Source: Utricularia gibba (Eukaryota; Plantae; Magnoliophyta). From it: a stretch of DNA of 64,000 nucleotides. The DNA lies in the NCBI GenBank assembly GCA_002189035.1, contig NEEC01000002.1, positions 1,178,001-1,242,000 of the forward strand, in the 5' to 3' direction. The notes beneath the pieces were generated by a model. That model saw only the letters and a program-made list of their open reading frames with translations, searched no databases and was not told where the DNA came from. Position numbers and translations under genes: made by a program. Each line of letters begins with the position of its first letter. Within the stretch, counting starts at the first letter, position 1. Shown here one piece after another: positions 42,285-54,989 of this stretch.

Positions 42285-42339
42285 ATTCAGGTGAATCTAT
42301 TTCCTCTGTTAAACACAAGTCACATAAAATAGATATGTA

Positions 42340-43110
42340 GTTTTCCACTTTTTTTTGACAAAAAAAAACCTATTTTTATTTTAATATTTTCATTCCTAAT
42401 GAGTTTAATTATTTTGCATTTTTATTTTTGATTGTAAAGTATTGGTTGATAGAATATTTTAATTCATTTGGGATGATGAGATATCAATTGAGATTAATTT
42501 TGTAATTGAATTTTTATGATAAATTTTTAAATACTTTTTGAATACAAATAATGTGAGTGAAATAATTTTTTAAGAAAAAATAATTTTTTTATTAAATTCA
42601 TAATAAATATATATTTTTTAAAATGAATAATACTTAATATTCTGTATGTCTTAATTTATTATAGATATAATAATTATTATAATTAATAATATATTTTATT
42701 TAGATAAACATGTATTATATAATTAAAATTAAAATTTGTTTGATACATAATTTTTTAACATACATGTGCTAGAATAATATGATATTTGGATATATAGGTT
42801 GAAAACAAATACTTTATAAATTGAATTACTTAGTAAAACTCACATAAAAGTTGATTTTTAAAATATATAGTTCGGATTTTTGTACAATAAGAAAACAATG
42901 ATATATTGTTAAACTAGTATATCAAAAATATATTGTTATCAATATATGAATGTTTAAAAACTAGAAACAATTTATTAAATACAATATTATATTAAGTTGC
43001 TATCAATGGAATAAAAGTGATTTATTTCAATGGAAAAAAAGAATCAATTCTGTTGAATGCAGCTTTTACATGGATTCTTTGAATTGAAGGATCTAAAGAT
43101 TTCGGTTTCC
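42340..43110. other. Extremely AT-rich intergenic block
   Basis: About 770 bp almost free of G/C between SPPL and the RLK. No ORF and no clear terminal inverted repeats. Confidence 0.6.
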
Positions 43111-43541
43111 AGCAACTGTTAAAAGTGAAAATAATAATAAAAAAGGGAATTATGGTGAAACTTAAAAGGTGTTTGTTTGATCTAATTTACCTTTTGCCTT
43201 TTTTTTTTGAAAGGAAGAAAATAAAAGGAGTGAAACATCAAAGCGAGCGGTGGGAGACAGTGAATTCACACTCGGACATCCATTTGCAGTACTCCCCCCA
43301 TTTATTCCTCCACCGGTAACTCGTCGGAGCAATTTTACGCGGCATTCAAGTTTAGTCACGCTCAGATCTACAAACTACGCCTCCGGTGCACGTCGGAGCG
43401 CTGCTGTTGAGGCGATTTGTGTCTCTGTTCCGTTCTTTCCTGTACGGCAACCGTTTGCGTTGAGCTCGTCCGCCGTGTATTTTTGCAGATCAGAATTTCT
43501 GTGATTTCCGTTTGCATGGTGGTTTTTTTTTACGGTTTACG

Positions 43542-45708
43542 ATGTCGGTGTTTGATATGTTTTTTGCCGACACTCAGCTGTCGAGGCAGACGCCGATCTT
43601 CGGCCTTCGATTATGGATGGTGATCGGAATAGTCGTTGGTGCTGTTATTGTGCTATTTATTTTCCTCATCTCTCTCTGCGTCACTGCCGCGCGCCTCCGT
43701 AGAAGTAGCAAGCGTCGGATCCATGGGCCGGAGAAGTTACCTGCAGCCAGCGATGCCACTCCCGTCGTCTCCAAGGAAATCAAGGAAATTGGGTACGAGG
43801 CCCCTACCGTCGATCAACGTCCAATGGTGCATCGTGTAAATAAACGCTCTATCTTTGATTTGAAATTTCAGTTTGGATTCCCCCTAATTGTGTCTGGATT
43901 TAATGTATTGAGATTCTTCATATTTATCAGTATCCGCCTTACCTTTTTTGAGTTTCATCTTTTCATGGTAGTACTTCCTTTTGAGTTTCATTATTTCTGT
44001 GTCGAACCTTTTCAGGCAGCAGTGCCCGAGATACAGATAGATATGGGCAAGGTGGGTCATAGAGTGGTATTTCCTGACAGGGGGGCTTCAAATGGTGAAA
44101 GTTCAGCTACGAGTGCAACTGATAATGCATCCTGTGGAGGTAGCGGATCGTTGCCTGAGGTATCCCATTTGGGCTGGGGGTGGTATACACTGAGAGAGCT
44201 AGAAGCAGCTTCTAATGGATTCACTGATGAGAATGTGATCGGTGAAGGTGGATACGGCATTGTTTATTACGGCGTATTGACTGATAATACACCGGTTGCT
44301 ATAAAAAATTTGCTGAATAATAGGTATATGAGTTGCTTATATTCGTGTAGGATCTTAGTCAAATCCGCTGAATGAAGTTGATTGTGAACTTAGTTCTACT
44401 ATCTTTTTCTGCACCTTCTATTGCTGTTGAGTAAAATATTTTCTTGAATGAATACTTTAACTTATGGTTCTGATTACTTCAAGGGGCCAAGCAGAGAAAG
44501 AGTTCAAGGTTGAGGTGGAAGCAATTGGTCGAGTTCGGCATAAGAACCTTGTGAGGCTGCTAGGCTACTGCGTTGAAGGTGCTCACAGGTTGTGCAATGG
44601 TTATTTCAATATACTGATCAGCAAAGTGGGTTTGTACCTTGCTCTCACTTTGTTATACTTACATAGAGTGCTTGTCTACGAATATGTGGATAATGGAAAC
44701 CTGGACCAGTGGCTCCATGGAGATGTAGGAGAAGTTAGCCCTTTGACATGGGAGATACGTATGAATATTATCATTGGAACTGCGAAGGGGTAAGTTGAAC
44801 CAAGTACTCCATACAGAAAAACTCTTTTGTTATTTGTCTTGTGTTCTTCCTCAGACTCGCATATCTGCACGAGGGTCTTGAGCCAAAGGTTGTTCACCGT
44901 GACATCAAATCTAGCAACATACTGCTTGATCGCCATTGGCATCCCAAATTGTCTGATTTTGGCCTGGCTAAACTCCTCAACTCGGACAACTCCCATGTGA
45001 CTACTAGAGTGATGGGGACCTTTGGGTTGGTTGAAGTTTGTAGTGAACAGTCTAAACAACTTGGTATTGTTTTTACAGGAGCCCTCATACTTTCATCTTC
45101 CTTTTAGATACGTTGCCCCGGAATATGCATCGACGGGTTTGCTCACAGAGAAGAGCGATATCTATAGCTTTGGAATACTGATTATGGAGGTGATCACCGG
45201 AAGATCCCCTGTTGATTATAATCGTACCAAAGAAGAGGTCAGCATTCACCCATCTACATCACAAGAGCTGTTTTTGTTTGGCCATATTCGTTTTCAAGTG
45301 ACCATGTTAACTATCTGCAGGTGAATTTGATTGACTGGCTGAAGACAATGGTTGGAAACAGAAAATCTGAGGAAGTTTTGGATCCAAAAATACCCGAACC
45401 CCCGGCGTCGAAAGCGCTGAAACGCATCATCTTGGTAGCCCTCAAATGTGTTGATCCTGATGCTCAAAAGAGGCCAAAGATGAGCCATGTAATACACATG
45501 CTGGAGAGTGAAGACTTGCTATGGCGCGATGTAAGCATCACTCCATTCTTTCCATAAACTCAGTGCATCCCTCTCTTTGCCTTCTACCCCTTGCTGAGCT
45601 TTACACATGCAGGAACGCCGAATTCTCCGAGAAGCCGCCGGTAGCTCTTCCGGAGACGACCGGCTGATCGGCGAAGGTAACTCCAATGATAGCAGATGGA
45701 GGAGATAG
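43542..45708 (+). CDS. Membrane-anchored receptor-like Ser/Thr kinase (At1g01540-like)
   Basis: [18 protein letters not shown] segment, [71 protein letters not shown]. Last exon ends at TAG 45708. Confidence 0.95.
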
Positions 45709-46672
45709 CTTAACGTTTATTATTTGTGGAATTTAGTCTACAAACCGTTGATCACCAAATGAACCAGTTGGTTGGTGTTTGTGTTGTACGGATGGTAACG
45801 GTAAATGGATAAGGGGAGAAGCATCCGCTTGACTGCGACTGGTGCAGTGGGCCACCAATCAAATGTGGCGCCGATAATGTGTGGGCCCGCCTCTACGATC
45901 CAATACCTTAAAAACGCAATCCAGTGATAATGGTCTTTGAATAATTGAAAGTGCCGTGGAAGCGTCTTTAGCAAATGGCGTGCTCGCGCCCCTACGGAAA
46001 TAATGTACACCCTCATCATTTTTAAGTGTTTTATAATTTAAATTAAATTGAGTTTCATGTGCGAAAACCGAGGTCGGATTTCCTATGCGCGGCGTCATTG
46101 TAACTTCTGCATACCCCTATGGTGTTCAACAAGATCCCGACACGTGTCGCCTCACCTATCCTTTCAGCTTTAAGTTCAGCTGAGCGCGGTGCAGCCCTAG
46201 GAGCTTTTCGCGGATTCCGAGCCCTCGGTGTGTTGATCATGGAATACTGTATTCGGAAATGCTCCAGGTGCAATTTTTCCTCCTCTCTTGTTGAGTTCTC
46301 AAGTGCTCTTATGTGATTGTCTCACTTCCGGCTAGTATTTGGGCCTCAGAATTTCAGTCTGAGTTAGGGTATCGGTCGAATTCTAGGTTCTTATCATTTT
46401 TTTTTCATTTATACGGTATGACTTGGTTATAATTTTCACGATCGGTGTCGACTGAAGCAGAATTGGACTGTGTGCTGATCGATGGACGTCTGATCTTGAT
46501 TGGTCGCCTTTTTTTGATGTTTTAGCTTTTTTTTGTATGGTTTGGTCCGTGTTCGCTAAAGATATGATCTTTGTTTGATTTTTCCAACATAGCTTCTGTT
46601 TTGTGCTTCTTTTAACGAACTTTTAAACTGTAGGAGTTTTGTCGAACTCTAAAATTGCGTTCATTTGCTCAA

Positions 46673-48203
46673 ATGGAAGACGAGAAGGGTCTTGATTTGA
46701 GTCTCGGACTGCCGTGTGGTGCGAATAGCTCATCGCATGACATAAGGTCAACTGAAGATGATAGAGACCTAAAAGTAATTAATAAGTTCAGAAACTTTTT
46801 GTATGGTGGAAATGAGCATTCCTTGAAATTCAGTGAAAGTTATTGTGGCGAGTATGCTGCTAAGGCTTCTCTTCACATGGAAACCTCCAAGAGCTTGAAC
46901 AATGATGGAGGAAATTGGTTGGCAAATGAAAGTAGGTCCACTGATTTTGAGGATGAAGGGAGGTCAGTTTGTGAGAAACGTAAGAACATGTTTACCAAGG
47001 TAGACCCGAAAAAGAAACACGCAGCTGAAGTTAATCATGGTGATTTTGCGGAAAATGCCAAGGCATCGCATATATCGATAGGAGATGAAGGATCAACTGG
47101 TGAAAATGAGGATGTAGCTGATTCTGAAACGGATGGTTCATCTTCAAGACAAGTGCCATCTAAGGATTATGTCTCCGAGCAATTTGCTCCAAGTAGTAGC
47201 ATGTACTTGGGTTCAAAAAATGGATTTGGTGACTCTGAGAACACAGAAATCATGGGACAGATAAGGCATCCGGTTTCATTCCCTGCTCAACCAGCAGCCA
47301 TGAGTGTACCCTTTTCACAAGCTGTCAAGGACCTAAAGGCTTCTGGGACACTCTGTCTTCCTAATTACCCGTTGCCAGGCATAGTGCACGATGAGAGACC
47401 AAGCGTTCAGCTTTTCAGCCAAAATAACTTCTCTTTAACATTTGGTTACTCTTCTGCACAGCTTCCAACGTTAGACCGGGATAATTCCAGAGGAATTGTC
47501 TTTAATCAACAACAGGTTCACCCTGTGTTCCCTGGGAGGAATCAAGTGAACCACAATACTCAAGGTTTTTCTTTTGTTTATACGTTTCAGTCTAGTCTGC
47601 CATATGCAACATTTAATTTTTGTCTTATTTTGTGTACCACAAAATGCCGTTTCATTCCCTTAGCTAGTAGCCATGCAAAATGCTGTTTCGATTTTGTGAG
47701 TTTCTTTACTCTCTGTTGATTATTTCCATGTTGAGGAAGCTAATGCCCCGGTTGGTTCAAATAAATTCCCAGACCCAACTCAATACGATGGTAGGATTTT
47801 GGAACCTGGGAATCTACAAATTGGTGGGCAAGAAGACTCATCTTCACACACGAAAAATGATTCAAGAGATCGACCCGGCCAGCATCAAGAAGCAATGCCT
47901 TCTGAGTTTGAAGCTATACGACCTGGTATGGCAGCAGACCTCAAGTTTGGAGGTTCTGGTTCATACCCTAACCTTCCATGGGTTTCGACCACCAGCCCGA
48001 ACCCAAATGGCCGAACAATATCAGGCGTGACATACAGATTCAGCCCCACACAAATAAAGATTGTATGTGCCTGTCATGGTTCTCATATGTCTCCTGAAGA
48101 ATTCGTTCGCCATGCTTCCGAAGATGCCAGTCCCCCTCCAGGTTCTGCTTCTGCTTTAGCATCATTACCAAGTAGCAATCCTGCATCTTCTGGTAGAAGC
48201 TGA
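46673..48203 (+). CDS. NINJA: NINJA co-repressor (NINJA/AFP family)
   Basis: N-terminal EAR motif GLDLSLGLP, HISIGDEGSTGENEDVADSE, LTFGYSSAQLP.LD, and C-domain NLPWVSTT..PNGRTISGVTY...IKIVCACHGSHMSPEEFVRHA. One intron at about 47562-47740. Confidence 0.95.
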
Positions 48204-49548
48204 TTAACATGTATCCCATGATCTTGGCTTCTCTAAGTAACATAACTATTGTTCTGGCTAGTGCCAATTCAATTCCACTGGTGTGCCCTCACTTTCCTTG
48301 AACTATTTCTTGTAAATTTTTATGGTTCAGTACTGCAGCATTTGTCGAGTTTTCCCCACTCTCAAGCACCTTCAAACCTCTCCCTATTTGCCCCAGAGAT
48401 AGGGAAAGGAATGAAATGCCGGGTCGAAAAACTTGTGCTCGGAAGGTGATGTTTTAGGGACTTTCAGTGGGAAATTCACCTCATCAACTAGTTTTGCAGG
48501 CGTAGAGCTTGAAAATGAGTATAGCAACTACAAAACCTGGAAGCAAGAGGGAAAGGGTAATCCAGGGTGTGCTCGATGCAATTCGAAAAAATAATTTTTA
48601 AAAAAATGATTTTATATTTAGAAATTAATTTAGTTTTTATTGAAGTAGGGATTTTTCAGCCTTTTAAAAAATTGAAATATTTCGTTGTTTTAGTTACATC
48701 TGAAACAAAAGTAATATTGGATAGTAATATACACAAGTACAAGGGAGTGGTACATAAATGATATTTTCTTTTATTTTTTTTGTTGTCTTAAAAAGGTAAT
48801 AGATATCATCACAATGTCGTTTGGGGAATCGCACGATCCAATAGCGGGAGAGCCCAAGTTCGAGCGTGGGCGCACTCTCGGATGCTGCGGTTGAAATTTA
48901 GTTTTGTGTTGGCCTTGGAGCTTCGATAATGGCGATTGGCGTTGGGCCTCCGTATTTCTCCATCATGGTGTTACAAGTTTCATTCCCGTTTCCTTCGCCT
49001 GCGAGTCTGCGTTGTGGTGTTGTATCTCGGTGGATTGAGGTTCTGTAGGCTTCGTGCTTCTGAGCCTTTGACCGGTGGTTTATGGAACGTTTTGCTTCTT
49101 CTCCTTTGAGACCCACTTGCGTAGTATAGAAGAAATGTTTCCGGGGGGATGGAACCCTAATTGTTTGCCGATATCTTCTTCTTTTTCGATTTCGATTTCA
49201 GGAGGAATAGATCCGCTGTAGCTTGTTTTCAAGAGTTACGGGGTTGTAGTGCTGTTAATTAGGGTTGGTGGTGGCCATTTCGATTTTGGTTTGGTGAGTT
49301 TCGATAGGGATCCTGGGTCTTAACTTTTTCCCGCGCTGCTTCCGAAGAGCATGTTTGGAAAGTTTCTGCGTTTTCAGCTCAGGTGATGTTGTGGTAGAAT
49401 CGAACTTGATGATGGGGGAGGTTCAGTTTCTATGAGATCTATTGGCTTGTTCGCGTTGCTTTGATGTTCATTTGGGTACTTGAAAATTACAGAGTTATGT
49501 GAGTTTGAAGTTTCATTTGTTAGCTGGTGTAAGGCCATTTGTTGCGGT

Positions 49549-52500
49549 ATGAGCTTAGAAACTGAAGCGTTGAGGCCTTCTGGCATTGGTGCTGAGAAGC
49601 TTGATGAAGCCTTAAAGTAATTAAATTTTTAAGCAACCCATGTGGTGTTTACTATTTTCATAGCTTTTCTCACTGGGTTGAAGGTAAATGGGTTTCTTTG
49701 GTGACCTAGGAAACCGAGACGGTCGTATACTCGGGAATTCCTCTTGTCACTGAGTGATTTGGACGTGTGCAAGAAGTTACCAAGTGGTTTTGATGAATCT
49801 CTTCTCAGGTAATCTCTTCTTTAATTTCTGTGCTTATTTAAAAGCTATCTCCATCCGCTAGGTTATATGTTACAGTGAATTCGGGGATGGTGCGCAAAGT
49901 TTGCATGATCGATTACGAGTTCCAGGGAGCCACCATTTTCAAGGCCTAAGAAGGAATGATCATGGATCATCACCCCCAATCGGTGGGATTCTTCTAATTT
50001 CACTGCAGGCAGTTTTGGGAAATCGGGAAGTCATTCTTTCGTTCAGAGTGATCGAGATAGTGACTCTCAGTCAGACCGTGATTCAGGTTGTTTGTGGAAT
50101 TATTTTAAGTCTACATTCTCTGTTTAGGACCTTATTTGTTCTTCATATTGGTGGCAAAACATCTGTTCGCGTTCGGTTCACCCTGTCTACTAACTGTAAT
50201 CTCTGGTTGATATTAAATCTCTGAAGTTGGTTACTCTATTCTTGTGTAGAATCTGGAAGACACAGATGGCAATCTAGACGATCTTGGCAAGCCACTGAGC
50301 ATGATGGTCTTCTAGGCAGTGGCTCTTCTTCTAGACTTACTGGATATTCACCTGGTACATCTGCTCCAAAGATAAAAGCAAATGACAACTTCCCACTTAA
50401 GAAAAGCAGTGAGCCATATCAGCCTCCAAGACCGTACAAGGTTGCTTGAACCTTTCCAAGTACCCAAAACGTTTAGCTCCCCTTGTTGGATTAACATGTG
50501 CTTTTATCATGAGGTGATGATATTTATGACACTGCCTGTATCCACATTTTTCATTCAGGCGGTGCCATATTCAAAAAGAGATGCAGAGTCTAACGATGAA
50601 ACTTTTGGTTCATCTGACTGCATTAGCGAGGATAGGGCAGAAGAGGAGAGGAGGAGGAGAGGTATTATTAGTATGTTTTCTTCTGACACAACTGTGCCAT
50701 TAACTTAATACATCTCGTGCTTCCTGTTTCAATTGCAGCATCTTTTGAGCAGATTAGGAAGGAGCAGCTAAAGGCTCTCCAAGAGAAGCAGACACCAAAA
50801 ATTGAGCATAATGTGGATGGTGTGTTTGACATTTTTGTACAGCATGATAATAAAAAGGGGGATGTAGGATCATCCATCAATAAGGATGGAGTTGTAGCTG
50901 TGGACCAGACATGGAAGAATCTATCCGGAAAATGTTCTGCAGTCTTGTCTTCTCCTGGATATAGGCCACTTGTTCCACCTGGTTTTAAGAACAGTATTCT
51001 GGAGAGGACTCCGGGATCGAAATCCAACCATGTTTTGTTAGAGGTATACTCCGATTTTGTGCAACTCCTTTTAGCAGCAACCTTTTCCTAGGCCAACATC
51101 TTTTTCCAGTTCATTGGTTTATATATCCTTGCTTCCTTTTTTCTATTTTAGTGTCCTTACATTCGTGCTCAGTCCATGGGTTGTGAATAATGGAATTAGA
51201 GCTTTAACAGAGAATGACATCTGACTATTCCTTTTTGTGTTACGTTGAAATTAGTTTTTTCACATGTATAACTAATTCAAATGCTAATATCTTACAATGA
51301 CTTCATCTGTTCGTTGTCCATTACTTTTTTTTTTGTTCGTGGTCTGGTGATTCTGTTACAAATATCATTTTCATATGTTGAACATGTCATCAAATTTTCA
51401 GTAGTTACTTTGACCCCTCAGAACTTATTATGTTTTGAAGGAAGGGATTTCGACCGAAGAAGACGCTCTGGATAGTGAGTCCAGTTTTCAGTATGGCACC
51501 ACTGGTTTGGTACGATCAGCAAATAAAAAATCAGAGGCACAAGGTCACTTGACTCATGCTTCAAGTGATGGACCCTTGGAAGACCCTGGAATCCTTAAAC
51601 TCAGTCCTCATATACTGAATGAAAAGGCAGCTTTCAACAGCGATAGTCGGCCTTCAAGTTCACTTTTGGAAACACTGTTTTGGGGCCCAGCAGCCACTGA
51701 TAGCCATGAAGTTCGTAGTATATCTGAGGTTTCTACTTCTTTGGTCCCTTCTCGTCATATTTCTTGTTTTGATAAAAAAAAAATTCATCATTTTAAGGCT
51801 TCCTTCCACTGTCTTCATGTCTAGAATGAAGGCTGTAAGCCTCATGACGCAAGGAGTGCAGGTTCTGTGCAGTCATCAAGGTTCTCCCAGGGCCTTTTGG
51901 AGGCAGGTATGGTAATCTTCTCCTGTATGTTTGAACTGTATGATTTTTCTGTCCTCTTCCAGAAAAAGAAAGAAAAAAAAATAATACTCTGTAGTTTTAG
52001 TAACCCCTGAGTGTTGGCGTTCTTGCAGAAGCTAAATCTGCTGATGAGCTATCCTCTGGGAGGCCTGATGATATATTGTCTTTAATAGTAAGTGGTGGTA
52101 AGAGCAGATACCAGGTTTCGGGTGCCGAAACAACTGAGCACTCCGATGCGGTCTTTCTAAACTTTGAACAGCCGAGGAAGCTTTTGTCCACTTCGTCTCC
52201 AGCAGATCGTGTGTTCAATGAGCAGGCATCTGTACATAGTAAAGAAAAAAGCCTCCCAACCGTGCTTACGTGCGAAGACCTTGAAAACTCAATTTTGACG
52301 GAATACAGCGCACAATCAACTAGCAGCCTGCCACCTCCAAATTCTTGGAGTGCTTACCAGAATGTGGAGGTGTCAAAGGAACATGTGGACGATAATGCTT
52401 CTCTACACCTGCTATCTCTGTTGCAGAGGAACTCTGATCAGACTAAGGATGAGGAAATTTCAGTTGCAAATGCCAATTTATCCGAAACTCCAGATGCCCG

Positions 52501-53678
52501 GAGTACTATTTCAGTGGCCACTGAGTCTAAAGAGAATGATACAAGCGTCGTGAGTTCAGCAAACTCACTCACCCTTGAAGCGTTATTTGGTTCTGCTTTT
52601 ATGAAGGAGCTTCAGTCAGCTGAAGCACCCGTTTCTATCCAGGGGGGCTTGGCCAGGTCTGCAGAAGTCCAAGCACCGCAGCCCCATGGAATTCCTTTTC
52701 CTATGGATGCTAGGATTTCATCAGCAGTTAATCCTGCCAACCTTCAAAGTCCCGGCAATGGCCAGGTGTTGCATCCTTTCAATCACCTGAATTCTGCTGA
52801 GAATTTACCTGGTTATGTTGATTCGAAGCTTGAGTGGACTTCGGTTCATCCTCATGCCAAGGATGCCCCAGAGTATGGGAGAGCTGATGGCAGTACTGAA
52901 TTCCAGGTGCCTGTTGACAGCATAATGCCCTCTAATGGCCCCCATGGGTATCAGATGATGGCACGAATGTCAGCTAATTCCCTAAACCATGAACGCTTCT
53001 CTGCAAATGCACTCGGCCATGTGGGCAACATGCTAGGGCCAGAGACAATGGCTCCTAAACATGGCAACTTGGAGCCAGAACTTCATTACCGCATGCAGCA
53101 TTTGAATATGGCCCAGGGTAGGCCATTACACGAGTTTCCCATGGAGTCCTCGCGTGCAAGCAGGGCGTCGCAGGTGGAAGTATTGGGTCCTGAGACGTTT
53201 TATAATCATGGTTCCTTAGCCGCTAATAGGCATTTTCCTAGCAACGTGCATCCATTCCATGATCCGAACATCAGGATTCCTAGGTCTGATGTTGCATCTC
53301 ATCATCCTATCCTGCATCAGATGCGGATTCCAGGAAATTATAGCTCACAGATGATGGCTGACCCACCCAGAGCCGGCAGCGGTTTCCATCAGGAAAGCGC
53401 CTCCAGCCTTCCTTTCTCGCCACAACAGCGAGTTCTTGGTCATCTTCTTCCCAGTACACCAGGTAACAAAACCTCTACATGATGTGCTGAGATGCTAGTT
53501 TTGGAATATCTGCGGTAGAATACTGAATTGCTTCCTCCGTACCGTCCCACTCACCTTTCCAGGGCCAGGCGTCATTCACCGGAATCGCAATCCGGAGATT
53601 GAAGTGGAGAAAAGTGCGCACTTTAAGCAGGCTCATCACTTCCCTCCCGGTCACAACCAAGGGATCCCATGGGCGTGA
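49549..53678 (+). CDS. CBE1: Plant eIF4E-binding protein (CBE1/At4g01290-like), multi-exon
   Basis: Exon 2 encodes KPRRSYTREFLLSLSDLDVCKKLPSGFD with a YXXXXL-phi motif (49726-49746). Also HDGLLGSGS, ETFGSS...DRAEEERRRRASFE, PLVPPGF, VLTCEDLENSIL and LTLEALFGSAFMKELQS. Putative last exon 53563-53678. Confidence 0.85.
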
Positions 53679-54099
53679 GGTACAATGTTACATGGGGTCT
53701 GAGGAGTAGGTAGCTCGTCACTGCTACATAGGCATCACCGGCCCTTGATTCTTGTTGGTAGTAGTCACACCCTAACAGCACAGTACAGCATGCCTGAAAG
53801 TCCTTTTTGTTCACCACTCTTGTTGGTGGCTGTAAAGGATTAATGGTGTTTCGGAGTTCACTTTCCCTTCAGCGAACTGCCTCTTCTGTGAATGTGATTT
53901 GCACTGTTACTTCTCCCTCACCTTCTTATCAGCGGACTCTCCTTGATCTTGTGTTGTTTTTTTATAGATAGGAAGGGAACTGGAACAAGGCAGTTAACTA
54001 ACAAGTAGAAATTAACATACATGGTCTGCGACTGCAACATGTTTATTCCCGAGAGATGAAAGTGATGTTAACAGAACATGCTTTTGTTGCCATCTCCTG

Positions 54100-54989
54100 C
54101 TACTTCGCAGTGCCATCCTCGGACGCACCGGGGGAACCATCTGCGGAGATGAGGTATGGTTAGTTAACTTTTATACTACAGAAGATGTAAAAAAGCTTCA
54201 CCATCACCTTCTCCTTCTGATGGGGCATACTGAGACTTGCGATACCGCGTCTGCTGCTGCGTTGGCTAGTAAGCAAGCATAGATGCATTACGGGAAGACG
54301 AACAGAATGAGGAAATATGTGGAATGCGCAGGCACCAAAGAGCCAGTATTTCTCCTACCTGTAACTTGGGCCTCAGAGCTTCAAGAGGTCCTTTGGGTTT
54401 CTCTACACCTTGCTGTGTCAGAGTGTGAAGAAAGTTAGATCCCAGGCCAGGGCTCAAATCAATACTACATAAACGACATGAAGTTAAAAGGCATCCAACA
54501 CTAGATCCGCATCGGCCTTCTTAGTTTTTCTTCTCCTTTTAGGAAGTCAACATTAATGATCACACGAAATCTGACACCCGGTCTCTCAGGTGTATGCTGG
54601 GGAGATTCATATGGAGTGAATGAACGGATTAGTGGAGGTACCTTTCCCAATGCCCAGTCAGCAGAGTCGAAATACGCGCGTTCATGATCCTGAAATGAAA
54701 CAATGAATGTGTGGAAACGTGACTAAACAAATCTCGAGTAAAGCGAAGCACATTGGTTTCGAAAGGACCTTCGATATCAATGGCGGTTTCTTGGGCATTA
54801 TTCCACCGTACTTCTTCTTAATTGCATCCTCCTAGAAAAAAAAAAAGCAGTTAACATTTGTGTGAGGCAAATAGTATGAATCGAAAAGGAGTAGACACGG
54901 ACTTCCTGCTTGGTAACTGTCACTGCTTTTTGAGCATCCTCCATAACAACTTCATTCTCTTCTCTTGCATCCTCACCATGGCTCGACAT
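54100..54989 (-). CDS. ENSA: Endosulfine/ARPP19-like PP2A-B55 inhibitor (6 small exons)
   Basis: EEDAIK.KYGGIMPKKPPLISK / DHERAYFDSADWALGK / QGVEKPKGPLEALRPKLQ / PTQQQ. One base appears missing at about 54815. Confidence 0.92.

Noticed and set aside
43512-44375. 287-aa ORF as a single exon
   Set aside because: It reads through an in-frame intron (about 43835-44016, T-rich with GT-AG ends); the F/I/L-rich middle part is intronic.
53873-53890. Partial similarity to miR408 (ACTGCCTCTTC); similarly CTGCATCCAG at about 1820 to miR162
   Set aside because: Only 10-11 nt match and no precursor hairpin.
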